Assembly (NCBI GenBank): GCA_943350175.1
Contig: CALQZX010000004.1
Coordinates: 7,214 to 71,213 of the forward strand
From: Parcubacteria group bacterium
GTDB lineage: Bacteria; Patescibacteriota; Microgenomatia; UBA1400; PJMF01
Reading direction: 5' to 3'
DNA: 64,000 nucleotides
In this document: positions 1-10,076 of the stretch, piece after piece
Numbering within the stretch: the first letter of the stretch is position 1
Layout: each line of letters opens with the position of its first letter
The notes under the pieces: model-generated
Database searches by the model: none
The model's input: only the letters and a program-made list of their open reading frames with translations
Told to the model about the DNA's origin: nothing
Program-made: the position numbers and the translations under genes

Positions 1-173
1 GTACTTTAAAAAACTGACAATCTTCTTTTCGCTCAGTGAAGTCGCTGTTTATCGGCCTCAAATGTTTATTGAAATCTGTTAATCAGCTCCTTCAATGAAC
101 TGACTTCAAAGTGCGAAAGTCTAATCAGTATTATAACAGTCAACTAGGCTATTAAGTAAAATTGCGAAAAAAC

Positions 174-1352
174 TCAATCTCCCAGAATAATTAACTCATC
201 TTCTGCTCTAGTTACGGCCGTATAAAGCCAACGGCGCCAATCTAGATCAGACATTTGTTTAAAGCGTTCTTCAAAGAGAATGACTCGACTAGCCTGACTA
301 CCCTGAGCCTTATGAACAGTCAAAGCGTAAGCAAAATCAAAGAGCTCACCATGCATGGTCAAAGCGCGAGTTTCCTTTCCAAAGTTCATGGCTGTGCTGG
401 AACCAAATTGCTTTTTCACGGCTAAACCTTCAAAAATTTGATCATCGTCATCAAACATGATTTTGACTTCATAGAAGTTGTCATCTTTACTGTTGATGGT
501 CTGCAGCGTGCCCAGCATACCGTTGAAAATGGCGTACTGCTGTCTGTTGCGCAAACAGATAACTCTATCTCCTGCCTGGGGCAATGGCGATTCGTAGCCG
601 AGCAGGGTTCTTAAATAATTATTTAGTTTTATGCGGGTATTATTGTAACCACATAAAATCAGAGTATCTTGGTTATATTGCTGGAGATAGTTCTCAATAA
701 TCTCTTGAGATTCTGGGTCGTTCTTGGACAACTTACGCACACCTTGGCCATAATTGCCGATTTTGATCTGGCCATGTTTTCTGGCTTCAATGGAAAGTTT
801 AATGATTGGGTTGTCGGCTACCTGGCGATGAATTTCTTCTAATTTGATCTCTGGATTTTCCATGAGATTGAATTGACCACTAACTGGTGGCAGTTGGCCA
901 TGATCACCCACTGCCAAAATTGGAACATCGTAGGAAAGCAGATCTAGCCAGATTTTCTGATCAACCATCGAGGCCTCATCAATGATAATTAAATCAGCCT
1001 TAATTTCTTCTTTGCGTTTCCAGCCCATGATTTCGTGATTTTCATTTTCGATCAGACTGTAAATCAAAGAATGAATCGTGCCAACGCTGTCGCCTTTATA
1101 TAAAACATCATTTTCTTTGAGATAATTTTTCAAAACTCTAGTCGCTTTACCGGTGAAAGCAGCGAAAGCTACCTTAATTTTTGGATTTTGTTGAAAAATG
1201 ACTTTGCGCAAAATGGCGATCAATGTGGTTTTGCCAGTTCCAGCGTAACCGCCTAAAGTCAGAAATTGCTTGCTGGCAGGATTGGTAGAGGCCGCAGCCT
1301 CCCAAGATAAGATTTGTTTTAAAGCTAGTTTTTTATCGGAAGAAATATCCAT
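174..1352 (-). CDS. RecD-like (RecD/TraA superfamily 1) ATP-dependent DNA helicase
   Basis: Walker A GYAGTGKTT, DExx-like IIDEASM, C-terminal helicase motifs (TVHKAQGSQ, AVTRA). Confidence 0.7.
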   Translation of the reverse strand: MDISSDKKLALKQILSWEAAASTNPASKQFLTLGGYAGTGKTTLIAILRKVIFQQNPKIKVAFAAFTGKATRVLKNYLKENDVLYKGDSVGTIHSLIYSLIENENHEIMGWKRKEEIKADLIIIDEASMVDQKIWLDLLSYDVPILAVGDHGQLPPVSGQFNLMENPEIKLEEIHRQVADNPIIKLSIEARKHGQIKIGNYGQGVRKLSKNDPESQEIIENYLQQYNQDTLILCGYNNTRIKLNNYLRTLLGYESPLPQAGDRVICLRNRQQYAIFNGMLGTLQTINSKDDNFYEVKIMFDDDDQIFEGLAVKKQFGSSTAMNFGKETRALTMHGELFDFAYALTVHKAQGSQASRVILFEERFKQMSDLDWRRWLYTAVTRAEDELIILGD

Positions 1353-1366
1353 ATTTAAATCGGCAA

Positions 1367-2515
1367 TTACTCGATGAACATTGCGTCACCAAAACTAAAG
1401 AATCTGTAATCATTCTCTAAGGCATGTGAGTAAGCTTGGCCGACGCTAGTCTCCAAGAAAGTAGTAAATTCTTGATTGGTGTTTGGTGAGGAACAAAAAG
1501 CCGAGACGAGCATGAGTAAACTCGATTTTGGTAAATGAAAATTAGTAATCAAAACATCAATGAAATTAAATTGATAAGGCGGATCGATGAAAATATTGGT
1601 TTCTTTGGCTGCAGCTACTAATTCTTTTTTGGTCTGGCTCAACAAAACCGCCGACTCCAAAGTTCTGGTGCTGGTGGTACCAACAGCAATGATTCTCTTA
1701 CCAGCTTGTTTAGCTTGATTGAGTCTACTGGCAACTTCAACATCAACCTCATAATATTCGCTGTGCAAAGTTTTGTTTTTTAAATTTTCACTAGTTAATT
1801 TGGCGAAGGTGCCGAGTCCCACGTGCAAAGTAACTTTTTCGATCTGCACTTCTTTTTGTTCTAGTTTGTACAAAAGTTCATCGGTGAAATGCAGTCCAGC
1901 GGTGGGTGCTGCAGCCGAACCCTCTTCTCTGGCGTAAACTGTCTGATATTCTTCTTTGATTTTTTCCTCTGACTGGGTCGGGTGAATGTAAGGCGGTAGC
2001 GGTGTAAAACCGCATAAATCAATTTCAGAAAGAAGATTAGCAGCACTCTGATTAAATTTGACCTGCACCTTGGCGCTGTCTTCGTCTCTAAAGATCACTT
2101 CTGCCTGCAAAAAGTCACTAAAGTCCAGATCTGCAGATAAACTCCCATCACTTTCTAGAAAGCTTCTTCTGGGAAAGAAAAGCTTCTGACCGAGCTTTAA
2201 ACCTGGCTTAGAAATGGCTGAGAAAGTATCCAAATCAATTTGCTTGATGAGCAATAATTCAACTTTACCACCGCTTTGCTTCTTACCAAGCAAACGAGCA
2301 CTGAAAACTTTGGTTTCATTAAGCACCAAAACGTCATTGCTAGTCAGAAGATCTGCTAATTCATAAAAAAAATGATCTTTGATTTCACCATTCGATCTAT
2401 TTACTGTCAAAAGCCTAGAATGGTCACGAGGAAAAGCTGGTTGATTGGCAATTTTATCCTCACTCAGAGGGTAATCGTATTTATCTAAAATATCGTTAAT
2501 ATTTTCGTCAAACAT
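1367..2515 (-). CDS. queA: S-adenosylmethionine:tRNA ribosyltransferase-isomerase QueA
   Basis: full-length similarity to the QueA family (N-terminal FDYxLPxxxIAQxP, central GTTS, C-terminal FFSFGDAMFI). Confidence 0.8.
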   Translation of the reverse strand: MFDENINDILDKYDYPLSEDKIANQPAFPRDHSRLLTVNRSNGEIKDHFFYELADLLTSNDVLVLNETKVFSARLLGKKQSGGKVELLLIKQIDLDTFSAISKPGLKLGQKLFFPRRSFLESDGSLSADLDFSDFLQAEVIFRDEDSAKVQVKFNQSAANLLSEIDLCGFTPLPPYIHPTQSEEKIKEEYQTVYAREEGSAAAPTAGLHFTDELLYKLEQKEVQIEKVTLHVGLGTFAKLTSENLKNKTLHSEYYEVDVEVASRLNQAKQAGKRIIAVGTTSTRTLESAVLLSQTKKELVAAAKETNIFIDPPYQFNFIDVLITNFHLPKSSLLMLVSAFCSSPNTNQEFTTFLETSVGQAYSHALENDYRFFSFGDAMFIE

Positions 2516-2527
2516 GGGCTTAGTCTA

Positions 2528-3568
2528 TCATAAATGAAGGCTAAAAGTGCTGCCTTTACCCAACTGGCTAGTGACACTTAGCTTGCCATTCAGAAGCTCT
2601 GAGATCTCACCTGCAATGGATAAACCTAGTCCAAAACCTGCTGACTTACTCTTGTTGCGAGAGCTTTCAACTTTATAGAAACGATCAAAAATTAAAGGTA
2701 AATTTTCTTTGCCAATGCCAACTCCGCTATCTTTAACTTGAAAAACAGCCTTATTTTTTTCCATAAAGAAATTAAGGGTAATTTTGCCAGATTTAGGCGT
2801 GTATTTAATGGCATTATCCAGAAAAATCGATAAAATTTGCATTAACTTATCATAATCTGTTTTAACTAAGTCATGCTTGGCTTTACTAATAATTTTAATG
2901 TCTTTAGTTTTGACTAAAGCACTAAATTTACTAGTTAATTCATTTGATATTTCATCTAATGCGACCATGCGCTGATCAAGAACTTCTGCGCGGCGCTCAG
3001 CTTTAGATAAAAGCAGTAAATCATTGCTTAATTTTTCCAAACCCTCGATATCTTTCAAATTATCTTTTAAGATAGACAATGCATCTTCTCTACTAATTTT
3101 CTTATCTTTCAAATTAACTTCCAAAGCTGTCTTAATCGCCGTCAAAGGAGTACGCAATTCATGAGCCGCATCAGCCGTGAATCTTTTTTGAGCTAGCAAA
3201 GATTTCTCTATTGGAGCAAGGGTTCTACCTGCTAATAAATAAGCCAAAAAAGTAGAAATCGAGAGGATTCCTAGGTCTATAAAAATTAAACTAAGTAGAA
3301 AATTCCTTCTGGCTAGTTCGAAATCTTGTTTAAATTCTTCTGAATTAATCTCAAAAGGCCCAACATCGGCATCTCTCAAGTTTCTTGGTAAATGCTGAGG
3401 CAGATTAATATTTAACTCCTGAGCTCTTAGTCTGAGCTGAAAACGATTCAGATTTTCAAAAAGTAAGACAGATCCAGCTCGATAAATCAAGGCGGTAAAC
3501 AAAAGTAAAATAAAGGAGATTGTCAAGGAATACCATAAAGTCAATTTTAAACGGGCTGATTTAAACAT
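2528..3568 (-). CDS. sensor histidine kinase (two N-terminal TM helices, HisKA + HATPase_c)
   Basis: H-box AAHELRTPL, G-boxes DSGVGIG and GFGLGLSI; 3-nt gap to the response regulator. Confidence 0.8.
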   Translation of the reverse strand: MFKSARLKLTLWYSLTISFILLLFTALIYRAGSVLLFENLNRFQLRLRAQELNINLPQHLPRNLRDADVGPFEINSEEFKQDFELARRNFLLSLIFIDLGILSISTFLAYLLAGRTLAPIEKSLLAQKRFTADAAHELRTPLTAIKTALEVNLKDKKISREDALSILKDNLKDIEGLEKLSNDLLLLSKAERRAEVLDQRMVALDEISNELTSKFSALVKTKDIKIISKAKHDLVKTDYDKLMQILSIFLDNAIKYTPKSGKITLNFFMEKNKAVFQVKDSGVGIGKENLPLIFDRFYKVESSRNKSKSAGFGLGLSIAGEISELLNGKLSVTSQLGKGSTFSLHL

Positions 3569-3570
3569 AA

Positions 3571-4245
3571 CTAATCTCCAATTCTATAACCAAAGCCTCT
3601 AACGGTGTGAATGAGCGGTTTTTTATCTTTAAAAGGTTTGTCAATTTTGTTTCTTAAATATCCAATATAAACTTCGACGGTATTGAATAAGACATCTGCT
3701 TCATAATCCCAGACGTTTTCAATAATTTGTTCTTTACTTAGGATTCTATTTTTATGACGAATTAGATATTCAAGAAAAGTAAATTCTTTTCTTGATAGAT
3801 CAATGCTTTTACCGGATCTCTTAACTTCAAAATTTCTTGTGTCGAGCTGCAAATCATCGATTTTAAGAATGGCGCTTTCTTGTAATTTGGGACGTCTAGT
3901 CAAGGCTCTTACTCTGGCCAAAAGTTCTGCGAAAGCAAAAGGCTTCACCAAGTAATCATCGGCCCCGCAATCAAGCACTGAAACCTTATCTTCAAGTTCT
4001 CCCTTAGCCGTTAAAACCAGAATGGGAGTGTGCACTATATCTTCTCTTAATTTTCTGCAGACGCTGACCCCATCCATTTTGGGCAACATTAAATCGAGAA
4101 TAATAACTTCATATTCATTGGAGCTAGCCAAATCAAAAGCAGCCTCGCCATCAAATGCAGTTTCAACTAAAAATTTTTCCTGTTCCAAACCTTTTTTGAT
4201 AGATTGACTGATGCGGAGCTCGTCTTCAACTAATAAAATTTTCAT
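3571..4245 (-). CDS. OmpR-family response regulator (receiver + winged-helix DNA-binding domain)
   Basis: MKILLVEDE...DLMLP receiver motifs; C-terminal trans_reg_C-like TVRGFGYRI. Confidence 0.85.
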   Translation of the reverse strand: MKILLVEDELRISQSIKKGLEQEKFLVETAFDGEAAFDLASSNEYEVIILDLMLPKMDGVSVCRKLREDIVHTPILVLTAKGELEDKVSVLDCGADDYLVKPFAFAELLARVRALTRRPKLQESAILKIDDLQLDTRNFEVKRSGKSIDLSRKEFTFLEYLIRHKNRILSKEQIIENVWDYEADVLFNTVEVYIGYLRNKIDKPFKDKKPLIHTVRGFGYRIGD

Positions 4246-4292
4246 TTTTCTTGATGAATATTATAATAATTAGCTGAAAAGCAGCTGAGAGT

Positions 4293-5021
4293 TTACTGCG
4301 TTTTCTGTTCTTCGCTTTTATTACTATAATTTTCTTGGATGAATTTTTCTCTACTTTCACCTTTTAGATGAGGAATAAACGGTCTAAAGTTTTCTAGTTG
4401 TTCTGGATTATGACTAAGAACACTTAAAATTTTATTCAAATATTGTTGTAAGTCTTCACAATACTTAATGTTTTCTAGATAGAAATATTTTTTATTAACT
4501 CTATCTGTGTCTTCAGTAGAAACACCAGAGCTAGAAGCGCTGGATCTAGCAGTCAGAGTACCAACTTGTAGCATTGAGTGAGCAACACCTTCAAAAAAGC
4601 CTTGATTATTACAGCTCGTATCAACCACCATTTCTAGAGGCAAGCTTTGATTATAACGATTAAAAGGGGTGGTGTAGACGATTTTGGTCAAACGTTTGTT
4701 GGTTAAAATAGCTAAACTCTTTACCCATAAACTATAAACCCACCAAAAACCAATGACAGCAAAGCCGCCAGCTAAGATTAAAGTCAGCGGTAAAAGGAAA
4801 GCAAAAGAACTAAAAGAAAAAATACTTTTAAAAGCCAAAGAAAATACATAAGAAGTCAAAAAAATTGCTGCAGCAATCAAAATTACAGAAAACATTCTAG
4901 AGAATAAAAATAGCTCATGCTCTCTTGTTATGTAAAGAATTTTTTCATCAGTAGCCTGTCCAGGAAAACGATCTTGGTCATATGGAAAAACAAATTCTTT
5001 AGCTTGAAAAATTTTACTCAT
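4293..5021 (-). CDS. membrane protein with bacterial PH (YdbT-like) domain, unknown function
   Basis: two central TM helices followed by LTNKRL...IVY motif typical of bPH_2 domains; sits between the TCS and the ABC exporter. Confidence 0.4.
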   Translation of the reverse strand: MSKIFQAKEFVFPYDQDRFPGQATDEKILYITREHELFLFSRMFSVILIAAAIFLTSYVFSLAFKSIFSFSSFAFLLPLTLILAGGFAVIGFWWVYSLWVKSLAILTNKRLTKIVYTTPFNRYNQSLPLEMVVDTSCNNQGFFEGVAHSMLQVGTLTARSSASSSGVSTEDTDRVNKKYFYLENIKYCEDLQQYLNKILSVLSHNPEQLENFRPFIPHLKGESREKFIQENYSNKSEEQKTQ

Positions 5022-5041
5022 GAGACAATTGTATCACCAAG

Positions 5042-6247
5042 CTACTCATAGCGCAGAGCATCAATTGGTTGCAACGCAGCAGCTTTTTTGGCAGGATAAT
5101 AACCAAAAACAATTCCAACACCAGTAGAAACTCCTATCGCTAGAAGAATAGAAGAAAGACTAACTACAAAGGGAATGCTTAAGAATTTGGTGGCAACAAA
5201 AGTAACTAGAACTCCAAGCGAAAGGCCAATTAAGCCACCCATTAAAGTCACAACCACTGCTTCAATTAGAAACTGCCAAAGAATATCTCTTTGCTTGGCT
5301 CCAATAGCCTTTAGCAAACCTATTTCTCTGGTGCGCTCTGTCACCGTCACCAACATGATATTCATGATACCAATTCCACCAACAAGTAAAGAAATAGCTG
5401 CTATTCCTGCCAACATTGCTGAAAGCGTGCCGGTCACTGAGCTAATCGAATCAATCATTTCCTGAGCACTGCGAATGCTGAAGTCAGCATCATTAACATT
5501 GTTGATCTCATGACGCAGTAAAAGCGTGTCAGAAACAGCTGTTTCTGCACTAGTCACCAATTCACTATCATCAACCAACACCTCAATGCTATTAAAATAG
5601 TTTTGGGACAGAATAACTTTTTGCACTGTAGAAAGTGGAGCCAAAGCACTAGAGCTGTCAGTAATTACTCCAATAATACGAAATGACTTGCCATCTATTC
5701 TCACCGATTCTCCAACCACTTGTGCATCAACTCCAAAAATATCTTCCACGAGTTGATCCCCTAGAACCACAACCTTGGATCTAGTGGCTACTTGAGATTC
5801 ACTAATAAAAGAACCCTGCGATAAACTCAATTCATGAATTTGCGCATATGTTTCTTCAACGCCACTAATCGAGGACTGGACTGCAGTCCCATCATAAGTG
5901 ATCTGCTTGTTAGTGCTAACCAATCCAGCAACGCTAGTTATATTGGGCAATAAAGCCAGTGCCTTAACATCATCCTCAACTAAAGTATCAACAGTACTAC
6001 CACCTCCACCTCCTGGACCCCTAACGTTACGCCCTGCTTGAACAGTTAAAATATTTGCCCCAAAACTAGAAATTTCTCCCACAATAGATTGGGTCGCTCC
6101 GCTACCCAGAGACATAATAATGATCACTGAAGCAATACCGATAATCACTCCGAGCATTGTTAGAACCGTCCTAACAACATTGGTTCTCAAAGCATTAATA
6201 GCTAAAATAAATAATTCTATAAATTCCATATTATTTATCACTTTCAA
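5042..6247 (-). CDS. ABC transporter permease, MacB/FtsX-like (4 TM with large extracytoplasmic loop)
   Basis: N-terminal TM, roughly 200-aa loop, C-terminal FtsX-like three-TM block. Confidence 0.75.
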   Translation of the reverse strand: MKVINNMEFIELFILAINALRTNVVRTVLTMLGVIIGIASVIIIMSLGSGATQSIVGEISSFGANILTVQAGRNVRGPGGGGGSTVDTLVEDDVKALALLPNITSVAGLVSTNKQITYDGTAVQSSISGVEETYAQIHELSLSQGSFISESQVATRSKVVVLGDQLVEDIFGVDAQVVGESVRIDGKSFRIIGVITDSSSALAPLSTVQKVILSQNYFNSIEVLVDDSELVTSAETAVSDTLLLRHEINNVNDADFSIRSAQEMIDSISSVTGTLSAMLAGIAAISLLVGGIGIMNIMLVTVTERTREIGLLKAIGAKQRDILWQFLIEAVVVTLMGGLIGLSLGVLVTFVATKFLSIPFVVSLSSILLAIGVSTGVGIVFGYYPAKKAAALQPIDALRYE

Positions 6248-6947
6248 TCAGACCATCCTTAACTTTAATTACTCTGCTAGCAAAGGCGGCGATATCATCT
6301 TCATGAGTAATTAAAATAATAGTGTGACCTTGCTTATTAAGCTCTTTAAAAAAGCCCATTATTTCATGAGCAGTCTTGGTGTCTAAATTACCAGTTGGTT
6401 CATCGGCAAGCAAAATAGCTGGATTCATCACTAAAGACCTAGCAATTGCCACTCTTTGGATCTGTCCTCCAGAAATATGATTAGACATATTATTGGCTTT
6501 ATCTTTTAAACCAACCAGATCTAGGCACTCCAAGGCTTTAGCCTCTCTTGCTGCTTTTGGCACTTTGCCATACATCATTGGTCTTTCAACATTCTTAAGC
6601 ACGCTAGTACGAGCTAGAAGATTAAACGATTGAAAAATAAAACCAATATCTCTATTTCTAATTTCTGAAAGTTCATCATCGTCGTAGGCATCAATCAAAC
6701 GTTCTCTCAAATAGTATTCTCCACTGGTAGCCAAATCCAGAGCACCAATAATATTCATCATCGTTGATTTACCAGAGCCAGAAGGACCAGTGATGGCTAC
6801 AAATTCACCTTGAACAATGTCAAAAGAGACACCTTTCAGCGCTTCATAAGTAATTGGTCCAGTTTGATAGCTCTTATGAATATTACGAAAAGAAATTATG
6901 GTTTTTCTGGTGGTTTTTTTGTTGGCTTTTTTAATAGTTTTTGACAT
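6231..6947 (-). CDS. ABC transporter ATP-binding protein (MacB/LolD-type)
   Basis: Walker A GPSGSGKST, signature ISGGQIQRVAIARS, Walker B ILLADEPTGNLD. Confidence 0.85.
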   Translation of the reverse strand: MSKTIKKANKKTTRKTIISFRNIHKSYQTGPITYEALKGVSFDIVQGEFVAITGPSGSGKSTMMNIIGALDLATSGEYYLRERLIDAYDDDELSEIRNRDIGFIFQSFNLLARTSVLKNVERPMMYGKVPKAAREAKALECLDLVGLKDKANNMSNHISGGQIQRVAIARSLVMNPAILLADEPTGNLDTKTAHEIMGFFKELNKQGHTIILITHEDDIAAFASRVIKVKDGLIESDK

Positions 6948-8135
6948 CTAGTGTGCTAAAAATCCACCTCCGGAAGAGCTTTTGCTGTTGCTTGCTTCTC
7001 CAGAAATTATTTTTTGTCCTTCACTTAAGCCGTTTAAAACTTCACTACTAATGTCTCCGGAAAGACCAACTTTGATTGGCTGATAAACTGCAGTCTGAGT
7101 TTTCTCATCAAAAGTTTGGACGGCTTTTTCACCCTGGTATGGCTTAATAGCTGTATTTGGGATTAGCAAAATATCGTTCTTTTCTTGCGTGGTAATGTTG
7201 ACCTGAGCAGTCATACCTGGACGCAACTGTTGATCTGTTTTATCCAAAGTTAAATAGACATAATAGACGGCAACATCAGAACTAATCGTGGCAAATTCAT
7301 CAACTCTCTGCACTGTCGCTGGCAACTCTAAGCCAGACAAAGCATCTATAGAAACCAAGGCTTTTTGACCTGGAGCAACTCCAACGATGTCGTTCTCATT
7401 AATTGCTACAGAAACCCAACTTTCATTGGTAGTCTTAATCACAGCCGCCACATCAGTAGAGGTGACACTTTGACCCACAGCAACGCTAAGATTGGCTATT
7501 TGGCCATCAGCTGTAGCCTTGACAGGGCCACTAGAAGTAGCTTGATAGGCTAAAGAAGCATTATTAAGAGCAGATTGAGCCTGACTAATAACCTGATCTT
7601 GATTGAGACGATTTGCCTCAGCTGCCTGCCAATCACCTTTGGTTTGAATGTAAACTGGATCGTCGACTGACAATTCAGTGTCCAAAGCCTTGCCCTCAAA
7701 ATCCTCATGAGCTTTCCACATCGAAGAATCTAGAGTATCCATTTTAGCCTTGGCAGAAGCTAAATTATTTTTAGCACTCAAGTAATCAGAATAAGCCTTA
7801 CTGCGTTCTTCTTCAGTAGCATTGCTATTTACGTAGAAAAGCTTAGCTCCCTTTTTTACAGAGTCGCCATTCTTTACATAAACTTCGGTTATGACTCCAT
7901 TTATGGAGCCAGTTATTTCAGTTTTATTGCTTGAAGAAAGCTCTCCAGTTTCAGAGACGATTTGCTGCAAATTACCTTTTTTCGCTTCTGTAAACTGATA
8001 GCTGGCGGTACTAGTCGTAGTTTTAGATCTAAAGAACAACAAGTAAATAGCCAGGGCAACTACTGCCAATAACAAAAATTTTTGCCATTTTTTAAGAGAT
8101 TTAAATTTATCAACTATATTTTTAATTAACTTCAT
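6948..8135 (-). CDS. HlyD-family periplasmic adaptor (MacA/YknX-like membrane fusion protein)
   Basis: N-terminal TM anchor, coiled-coil hairpin, beta-barrel-like C-terminus; directly adjacent to the ABC ATPase. Confidence 0.65.
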   Translation of the reverse strand: MKLIKNIVDKFKSLKKWQKFLLLAVVALAIYLLFFRSKTTTSTASYQFTEAKKGNLQQIVSETGELSSSNKTEITGSINGVITEVYVKNGDSVKKGAKLFYVNSNATEEERSKAYSDYLSAKNNLASAKAKMDTLDSSMWKAHEDFEGKALDTELSVDDPVYIQTKGDWQAAEANRLNQDQVISQAQSALNNASLAYQATSSGPVKATADGQIANLSVAVGQSVTSTDVAAVIKTTNESWVSVAINENDIVGVAPGQKALVSIDALSGLELPATVQRVDEFATISSDVAVYYVYLTLDKTDQQLRPGMTAQVNITTQEKNDILLIPNTAIKPYQGEKAVQTFDEKTQTAVYQPIKVGLSGDISSEVLNGLSEGQKIISGEASNSKSSSGGGFLAH

Positions 8136-8150
8136 AAGTATTTCTTTCTT

Positions 8151-8489
8151 TTAACGTCTTTCCATTCCTGGACCAGGGCCAGTTCCAGGACCCGTGCCCG
8201 TGGCATGTCTAACTGTGCGAAATACTGTTTGAAAAATAGACGAATCTTCATTCCTAACAAATTGATTACGTTGCTCTTTTAATTTTTGATCAATTTGTTC
8301 TTGATTCAAACCCTCATTTTTCCAAAATTCAAGCATTTTCTCTTGCTGGGCAAGAGCAGCTTCTCTGCGCAACTGCGAATCTTTTTGGAATTTCATAAAT
8401 TCAAAGGTTCCAAAAATTGAAATTACTAATAAAGGCATCAAGACCCACTTTAGCCAATTTTTCTTGGATTTTTTATCATCTTTTTTCAT
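8151..8489 (-). CDS. small membrane-anchored hypothetical protein, first gene of the exporter operon
   Basis: single N-terminal TM, charged helical region, PGTGPGPG tail; 15-nt gap to the next gene. Confidence 0.4.
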   Translation of the reverse strand: MKKDDKKSKKNWLKWVLMPLLVISIFGTFEFMKFQKDSQLRREAALAQQEKMLEFWKNEGLNQEQIDQKLKEQRNQFVRNEDSSIFQTVFRTVRHATGTGPGTGPGPGMERR

Positions 8490-8560
8490 AACACTCCATT
8501 ATATGCACGTAAGCTGAGAAAATCCTGAGAAATAATTATGGATCATGTATATTGTTCTAG

Positions 8561-8950
8561 ATGCCTTTATTAGCTATACTCGATTTTATGAATGAAATCT
8601 TTCACAAAATTTCCGCCAAAGTCGCCAGTATCGCTGGAAGAGCCTCCACTTTCGTCTTAGCCGTATCAATGATTGTTGTTTGGCTGATCAGCGGGCCCTT
8701 ATTTAATTATTCTGACACCTGGCAACTTGCCATCAACACCACCACAACTATTATTACTTTTTTAATGGTTTTTTTAATTCAGAACACTCAAAATCGCGAC
8801 TCAAAAGCCATGCATTTGAAACTAGATGAATTAATAAAAGTAACCAAAGCAGCCAGCAATAAGTTAATTGAGATTGAAGAAGATAGCGATGAAGAAATTG
8901 ATGCACTGGAAGAAAAATTCAAAAAGATTAAAGAAAAATTTAATAATTAA
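8561..8950 (+). CDS. low-affinity iron permease-like (Fet4-like small membrane protein family)
   Basis: motif FLMVFLIQNTQNRD...LKLDELI and two TM helices, characteristic of that family. Confidence 0.5.
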   Translation: MPLLAILDFMNEIFHKISAKVASIAGRASTFVLAVSMIVVWLISGPLFNYSDTWQLAINTTTTIITFLMVFLIQNTQNRDSKAMHLKLDELIKVTKAASNKLIEIEEDSDEEIDALEEKFKKIKEKFNN

Positions 8951-8954
8951 ATAA

Positions 8955-10076
8955 ATGTTTCAATATTTTAGAAATATAAAAGCTCTAGAAAAAAAACAGC
9001 GAATTATTGTTTACTGTGTTTTTTATATTATAGTTTTACTGGTTTTAGCTGTTTCTGCTTTTGCTAGTTACCGTTATTTTGGCCAAAAAAATAATGCAAA
9101 TGACATAGACACAGCTAAAGTAGATTTATTTGATCCAAACCAAGAAGTTAATCTCGTTTCAAGCGGAATTCAAGAAGAAGATAAAAAAACTCTTAATGTT
9201 TTGCTAGCTGGTTATGGAGGAGCTGGGCATCAGGGCGGTTTCTTAAGCGACATCATTCAAATCGCTCATTTTGATTTTCCGAAAAAGCAAATTACTTTTA
9301 TTTCGATTCCAAGAGACCTCTATTTGCTAACCCAAGACCAACAAGGTTATAAAGTTAATAACTTGATGAGCGTCGGTATGAATCAAGGCGATGGAATTAG
9401 CTCTGGTCTTGAACTAATGCAAAAAAGCATCGGACAAATCACAGGTCTGCCAATCAAATATTACATCGGCACTGATTTCGTTGGTTTTCAAAGAACCGTT
9501 GGCTATGAATTAAATAGCATTGAAGTAGATGTCTCGCAAACTTTAGAGGATCCTTGGTATCCACTCGAGGGCGCTCAGCTTGATCCATGTGGCTATACAC
9601 CAGAAGAAATTGCTAGTTTTACTGCCAATTACAGTGGTTTTGAATTGGAAAGTAAATTCGCTTGCAGATATGAACACTTGCTCTATAAACAAGGCAAGGT
9701 CATGATGGAAGGTCATGACGCGCTCGCGTATGTACGCTCGCGCCACAGTTCTAGCGACTATGATCGCAGTCGTCGTCAGGTAGAAGTACTGACCGCCATT
9801 CGCAATAAACTATTTAAGCTCGAGGCTCTCAAGGCTATTCCAAAATTTTATGAAGCTTTCTCAGAACACGTCACAACTAATTTGGATCTGGAAAGTGCTA
9901 AGTACTTAGCACCTCTATTAGCCAATGCTGATGAATTTGAAATGAAAAGCATCAATCTTACTCCTGAAAATGTCCTTCAAAGCAGCAAATCCAGCGCTGG
10001 AGCATTTATCGTTATCCCTAAAGCTGGGATGAACAATTGGACAGAGATGCAGAGCTTTATTAAAAGCCAAATTTAA
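8955..10076 (+). CDS. LytR-CpsA-Psr (LCP) family cell-envelope polymer transferase
   Basis: N-terminal TM; LCP motifs DIIQIAHFDF, ISIPRDLY, ALAYVRSRH, SDYDRSRRQ. Confidence 0.7.
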   Translation: MFQYFRNIKALEKKQRIIVYCVFYIIVLLVLAVSAFASYRYFGQKNNANDIDTAKVDLFDPNQEVNLVSSGIQEEDKKTLNVLLAGYGGAGHQGGFLSDIIQIAHFDFPKKQITFISIPRDLYLLTQDQQGYKVNNLMSVGMNQGDGISSGLELMQKSIGQITGLPIKYYIGTDFVGFQRTVGYELNSIEVDVSQTLEDPWYPLEGAQLDPCGYTPEEIASFTANYSGFELESKFACRYEHLLYKQGKVMMEGHDALAYVRSRHSSSDYDRSRRQVEVLTAIRNKLFKLEALKAIPKFYEAFSEHVTTNLDLESAKYLAPLLANADEFEMKSINLTPENVLQSSKSSAGAFIVIPKAGMNNWTEMQSFIKSQI

